Origin: Escherichia phage PMBT57
Direction: 5' to 3' (one strand)
Sequence record: MG770228.1
Length of the DNA: 64,000 bases
The translations under genes and the position numbers were made by a program. A model generated the notes under the pieces. It was not told the origin of the DNA. It searched no databases and saw only the letters and a program-made list of their open reading frames with translations. How positions within the stretch are numbered: the stretch's first letter is position 1; each line of letters begins with the position of its first letter. This document shows, in pieces, positions 61,247-64,000 of this stretch.

Positions 61247-63211
61247 ATGCGTCACATTACATTCAACAATGAGGGTATCTACCCTATTGCTATCCTTACT
61301 ACAACGTTACGTAAGGATGATATTGTCAAAGCATACATGGAACCCTGGGATGTAGATAAAGATTCAGTAATGATTCTTGAACTTCATACAGCCCCAGGGA
61401 AAAAGAAAACTCCTGCTAAAGAGATGCAGGAGTTTATTACCCAAGAATTAGTGCCAGCATTCGAAGCAGCACAAACTCAGTATATCATCTGTGGTGATTC
61501 TGAATATTACAAACAGCTAACCAAACAAGGTAAAGCTGATGCCAATATTGGCTATGTAATGGATTGTGCTTATGGGAACCAGAAAGTTATTTACGTTCCC
61601 AATTACAGACAAATCTTTTATGACCCGGATAAGGTAAAGACTAAGATTGCTTTATCTATGCAGGCTCTGATTGATTATGTCTCTGGTTCTTATGTTGAGC
61701 CAGGAACTAAGATTATCCACTATGCTGATTATCCATTAACTCCAGAAGCTATATCTAAGTGGTTAGATAAGTTACTGGAGATGAATGTTCCATTAGCAGT
61801 AGATATAGAAACTTTCAGTCTGAAGCATTATGACTGTGGTATAGGTACTATTACATTCTGCTGGAACAAGCACGAAGGGATAGCATTCCCTGTGGATTAT
61901 GAACCAATTGAGGGGGCTACTGAAGCTCCTTATGGTAGACAAGTTCACAACATGCTTGTTCGTTCTATGCTCAGGGACTTTTTTATTAAGTATCTGAACA
62001 GGCAGATGTATCACAATATTGCCTTTGACGTATATGCACTCATTTACCAGTTATTTATGACAGACCTTCTGGATACGGAAGGGTTGTTGCATGGCATGAG
62101 TATCATGCTAAGAAACTGGGATTGCACTAAGTTAATTACCTATCTGGCCACTAATTCTTGTGCTGGTAATAAGCTAAGTCTTAAAGACCAGGCTCAGGAA
62201 TATGCTGGTAACTATGCTCAAGAAGAAATCAATGACATTACCAGAATCCCATTAGCAGAGTTGTTGGAATACAACTTAGTGGATGGATTATGTACCTGGT
62301 ATGTCTATGAAAAGCATTGGGATACTCTGGTTAATGACCAACAGTTAGATGTTTATACAAACATCTTTAAACCTGCATGTGAAGATATTATTCAAATGCA
62401 GTTAACTGGTATGCCTATCAATATGAAGACAGTATTGGAGGTAGAAGAAGCATTAACCCAAGACTATAACAATGCGTTAAAAACGATTGCTGACAGTAAA
62501 GTAATCAAAGATTTTACCCGTCTTCTTAATGAAGAATGGGTAGAAAAACAGAACCAGATTCTGAAGAAAAAACGAGTGACTTTAGCTGATGCTAAAGAGC
62601 AGTTTAATCCAAACTCAGGTGTTCAATTACAGAAGCTACTTTTTGAGTTCCTGGAGTTACCTGTGCTGGGTCTGACTGCAAGTAAACTACCCGCTACTGG
62701 TAGTGGCATACTCAAGTCTTTGAAGAACCATACTCAAGATGCCAGTATTCTGGAAATTCTTGATGCTCTGATTGATTACAAAGCTGTAGATAAAATTCTG
62801 ACAGCATTCATCCCAGCATTAAAAAATGCCAGACAAGGACCAGATGGTTGGCATTATCTCTTTGGTAATCTGAACTTAGGTGGGACTGTATCAGGCCGTC
62901 TATCCAGTAGCGAACCAAACCTACAAAACCTACCTTCTGGTTCCAGATATGCCAAGATGATTAAGAAATGCTTTGAGGCTCCCCCTGGATGGATATTCTG
63001 TGGGCTAGACTTTGCTTCTCTCGAAGACCGTATATCTGCTTTAACAACCAAAGACCCTAATAAACTAAAGGTGTACATGGGTGTGACCGTTTATACAGTT
63101 ACTATAGAAGGGGTTGACCATCATATCCGAGATGATGATACAATCGTTTATGATGGTAAAACTTATACCGGTGAGGAGTTCTATGACGCTTTTACCCGTG
63201 GCCTTCTATGA
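61247..63211 (+). CDS. DNA polymerase (family A), N-terminal fragment: 3'-5' exonuclease domain through motif A; last ~44 codons are probably read-through into an intervening sequence
   Basis: Exo motif LAVDIETFSL; motif A CGLDFASLEDRI; homology ends near KLKVY (~63076). Confidence 0.75.
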   Translation: MRHITFNNEGIYPIAILTTTLRKDDIVKAYMEPWDVDKDSVMILELHTAPGKKKTPAKEMQEFITQELVPAFEAAQTQYIICGDSEYYKQLTKQGKADANIGYVMDCAYGNQKVIYVPNYRQIFYDPDKVKTKIALSMQALIDYVSGSYVEPGTKIIHYADYPLTPEAISKWLDKLLEMNVPLAVDIETFSLKHYDCGIGTITFCWNKHEGIAFPVDYEPIEGATEAPYGRQVHNMLVRSMLRDFFIKYLNRQMYHNIAFDVYALIYQLFMTDLLDTEGLLHGMSIMLRNWDCTKLITYLATNSCAGNKLSLKDQAQEYAGNYAQEEINDITRIPLAELLEYNLVDGLCTWYVYEKHWDTLVNDQQLDVYTNIFKPACEDIIQMQLTGMPINMKTVLEVEEALTQDYNNALKTIADSKVIKDFTRLLNEEWVEKQNQILKKKRVTLADAKEQFNPNSGVQLQKLLFEFLELPVLGLTASKLPATGSGILKSLKNHTQDASILEILDALIDYKAVDKILTAFIPALKNARQGPDGWHYLFGNLNLGGTVSGRLSSSEPNLQNLPSGSRYAKMIKKCFEAPPGWIFCGLDFASLEDRISALTTKDPNKLKVYMGVTVYTVTIEGVDHHIRDDDTIVYDGKTYTGEEFYDAFTRGLL

Positions 63212-63760
63212 ACAACGGTATAAGATTTCCGATGAAGGTTTCATCTTAAATCTTGCAAACAATCAACCCCTAAAACCGACTCTCAATCCTAACGGATACC
63301 TTAAGGTTGGGTTAGCTAATGGGGATGGTACACATCACCAAGAGCTACTTCATATTCTGGTAGCTAAACACTTCATCCCTAATCCTTATGGCTATGAACA
63401 GGTGAACCATAAAGATGGTAATAAACTGCATTGTCATAAGGATAATCTGGAATGGTGCTCTGCTACTCAGAATGTTGAACATGCACTTAAAACAAGGCTA
63501 CGTCCTGGTTACATGTCTGCTGACGATAAAGAAAAGTATCTCTTTGAGGTGCTGGCAGGTAAGCAAGTTAAAGACATTGCTTTTGAAATAGGTAGACGTC
63601 CTGAAACTTTGCATAAGATGCTCAGAACTACTGCTGACCGACTTGGTGTTCGAAATGAGTGGGATGATGTTATGAGGAGAAATAGAAAAGATGTTGCTTT
63701 ACGACAGCTTGCCAAAATCAACTCATGACTTCACTGGCAAGAAAATTGACAACGTAGTCA
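63077..63760 (+). mobile_element. intervening sequence in the DNA polymerase gene carrying an HNH homing endonuclease ORF (group I intron or free-standing endonuclease insertion)
   Basis: Polymerase homology stops near 63076 and resumes near 63760 in a different frame; HNH ORF lies between. Confidence 0.55.
63183..63728 (+). CDS. HNH homing endonuclease; start uncertain (ORF-track frame opens at 63114)
   Basis: YKISDEGFILNL ... NPNGYLKVGL ... VNHKDGNKLHCHKDNLEW. Confidence 0.65.
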   Translation: MTLLPVAFYEQRYKISDEGFILNLANNQPLKPTLNPNGYLKVGLANGDGTHHQELLHILVAKHFIPNPYGYEQVNHKDGNKLHCHKDNLEWCSATQNVEHALKTRLRPGYMSADDKEKYLFEVLAGKQVKDIAFEIGRRPETLHKMLRTTADRLGVRNEWDDVMRRNRKDVALRQLAKINS

Positions 63761-64000
63761 AAGCCGGGAGTTCATCAGGTTACGATGGGCATAGTCTTCG
63801 TGCATATGCTTACTTCGGTGAGATGATGCCCGACATTAAAGATACGGTAGAGTCTGTTAATTCTATTCAGGAGAAGTACAAAGCATATCGTCAGGATTCT
63901 AAAGCACCTACCTTTGCTCTTACCTATCAGGGTACGTACATCACTTTGATGAAGAACTGTGGTTTCCCTGAACAGAAAGCTCGAATGGTTGAGGAACGTT
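63691..64000 (+). CDS. DNA polymerase (family A), C-terminal fragment, partial: continues past the window end
   Basis: Frame +1 relative to the HNH ORF; GYDGHSLRAYAYFG and motif B-like RQDSKAPTFALTYQG. Confidence 0.6.
   Translation, partial: MLLYDSLPKSTHDFTGKKIDNVVKAGSSSGYDGHSLRAYAYFGEMMPDIKDTVESVNSIQEKYKAYRQDSKAPTFALTYQGTYITLMKNCGFPEQKARMVEER

Noticed and set aside
63077-63760. Intein in the DNA polymerase
   Set aside because: The endonuclease ORF is in a different frame from both polymerase segments and is separated from them by stop codons, so an in-frame protein-splicing element is excluded; intron or split gene remain.

Overview
This window reads as most of an N4-like podophage genome (Schitoviridae-type), circularly permuted relative to the usual N4 map. 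Calls rest on reading the translated ORFs, manual folding of RNA elements and recalled family hallmarks; no database search was run. Layout: (1) 1-2786, plus strand: the 3' end of an acidic ORF, a 1.5 kb non-coding tRNA island (tRNA-Asn, -Ser, -Thr, -Pro, two tRNA-like remnants, three long inverted-repeat hairpins), then two small genes, one with a DUF2829/Tad2-like C-terminal domain. (2) 2787-37158, minus strand: one long late/structural operon starting (in map order) with the giant ~3500-aa virion RNA polymerase, then virion proteins, major capsid, portal, a lysis cassette (holin candidate, GH108 SAR-type endolysin, i-spanin with embedded o-spanin), a 1382-aa sheath-like protein, tail fibre and terminase. 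(3) 37159-37837: a hairpin-rich non-coding junction, probably the genome termini. (4) 37838-64000, plus strand: early and middle genes, including small early proteins with hairpin promoter candidates, the two-subunit T7-like RNAP II, an Ig-domain protein, SPFH protein, AAA+/vWA pair, dCTP deaminase-like and ThyX-like genes, rIIA/rIIB-like genes, a Dda-like helicase, and a family A DNA polymerase interrupted by an HNH homing endonuclease. Most worth a second look: the interrupted DNA polymerase, the tRNA island architecture, the N4-type hairpin promoter candidate, and two candidate anti-defence modules (DUF2829-like; DUF4326-like plus Zn-ribbon plus Gly-rich protein). No CRISPR array, integrase or rRNA was seen.
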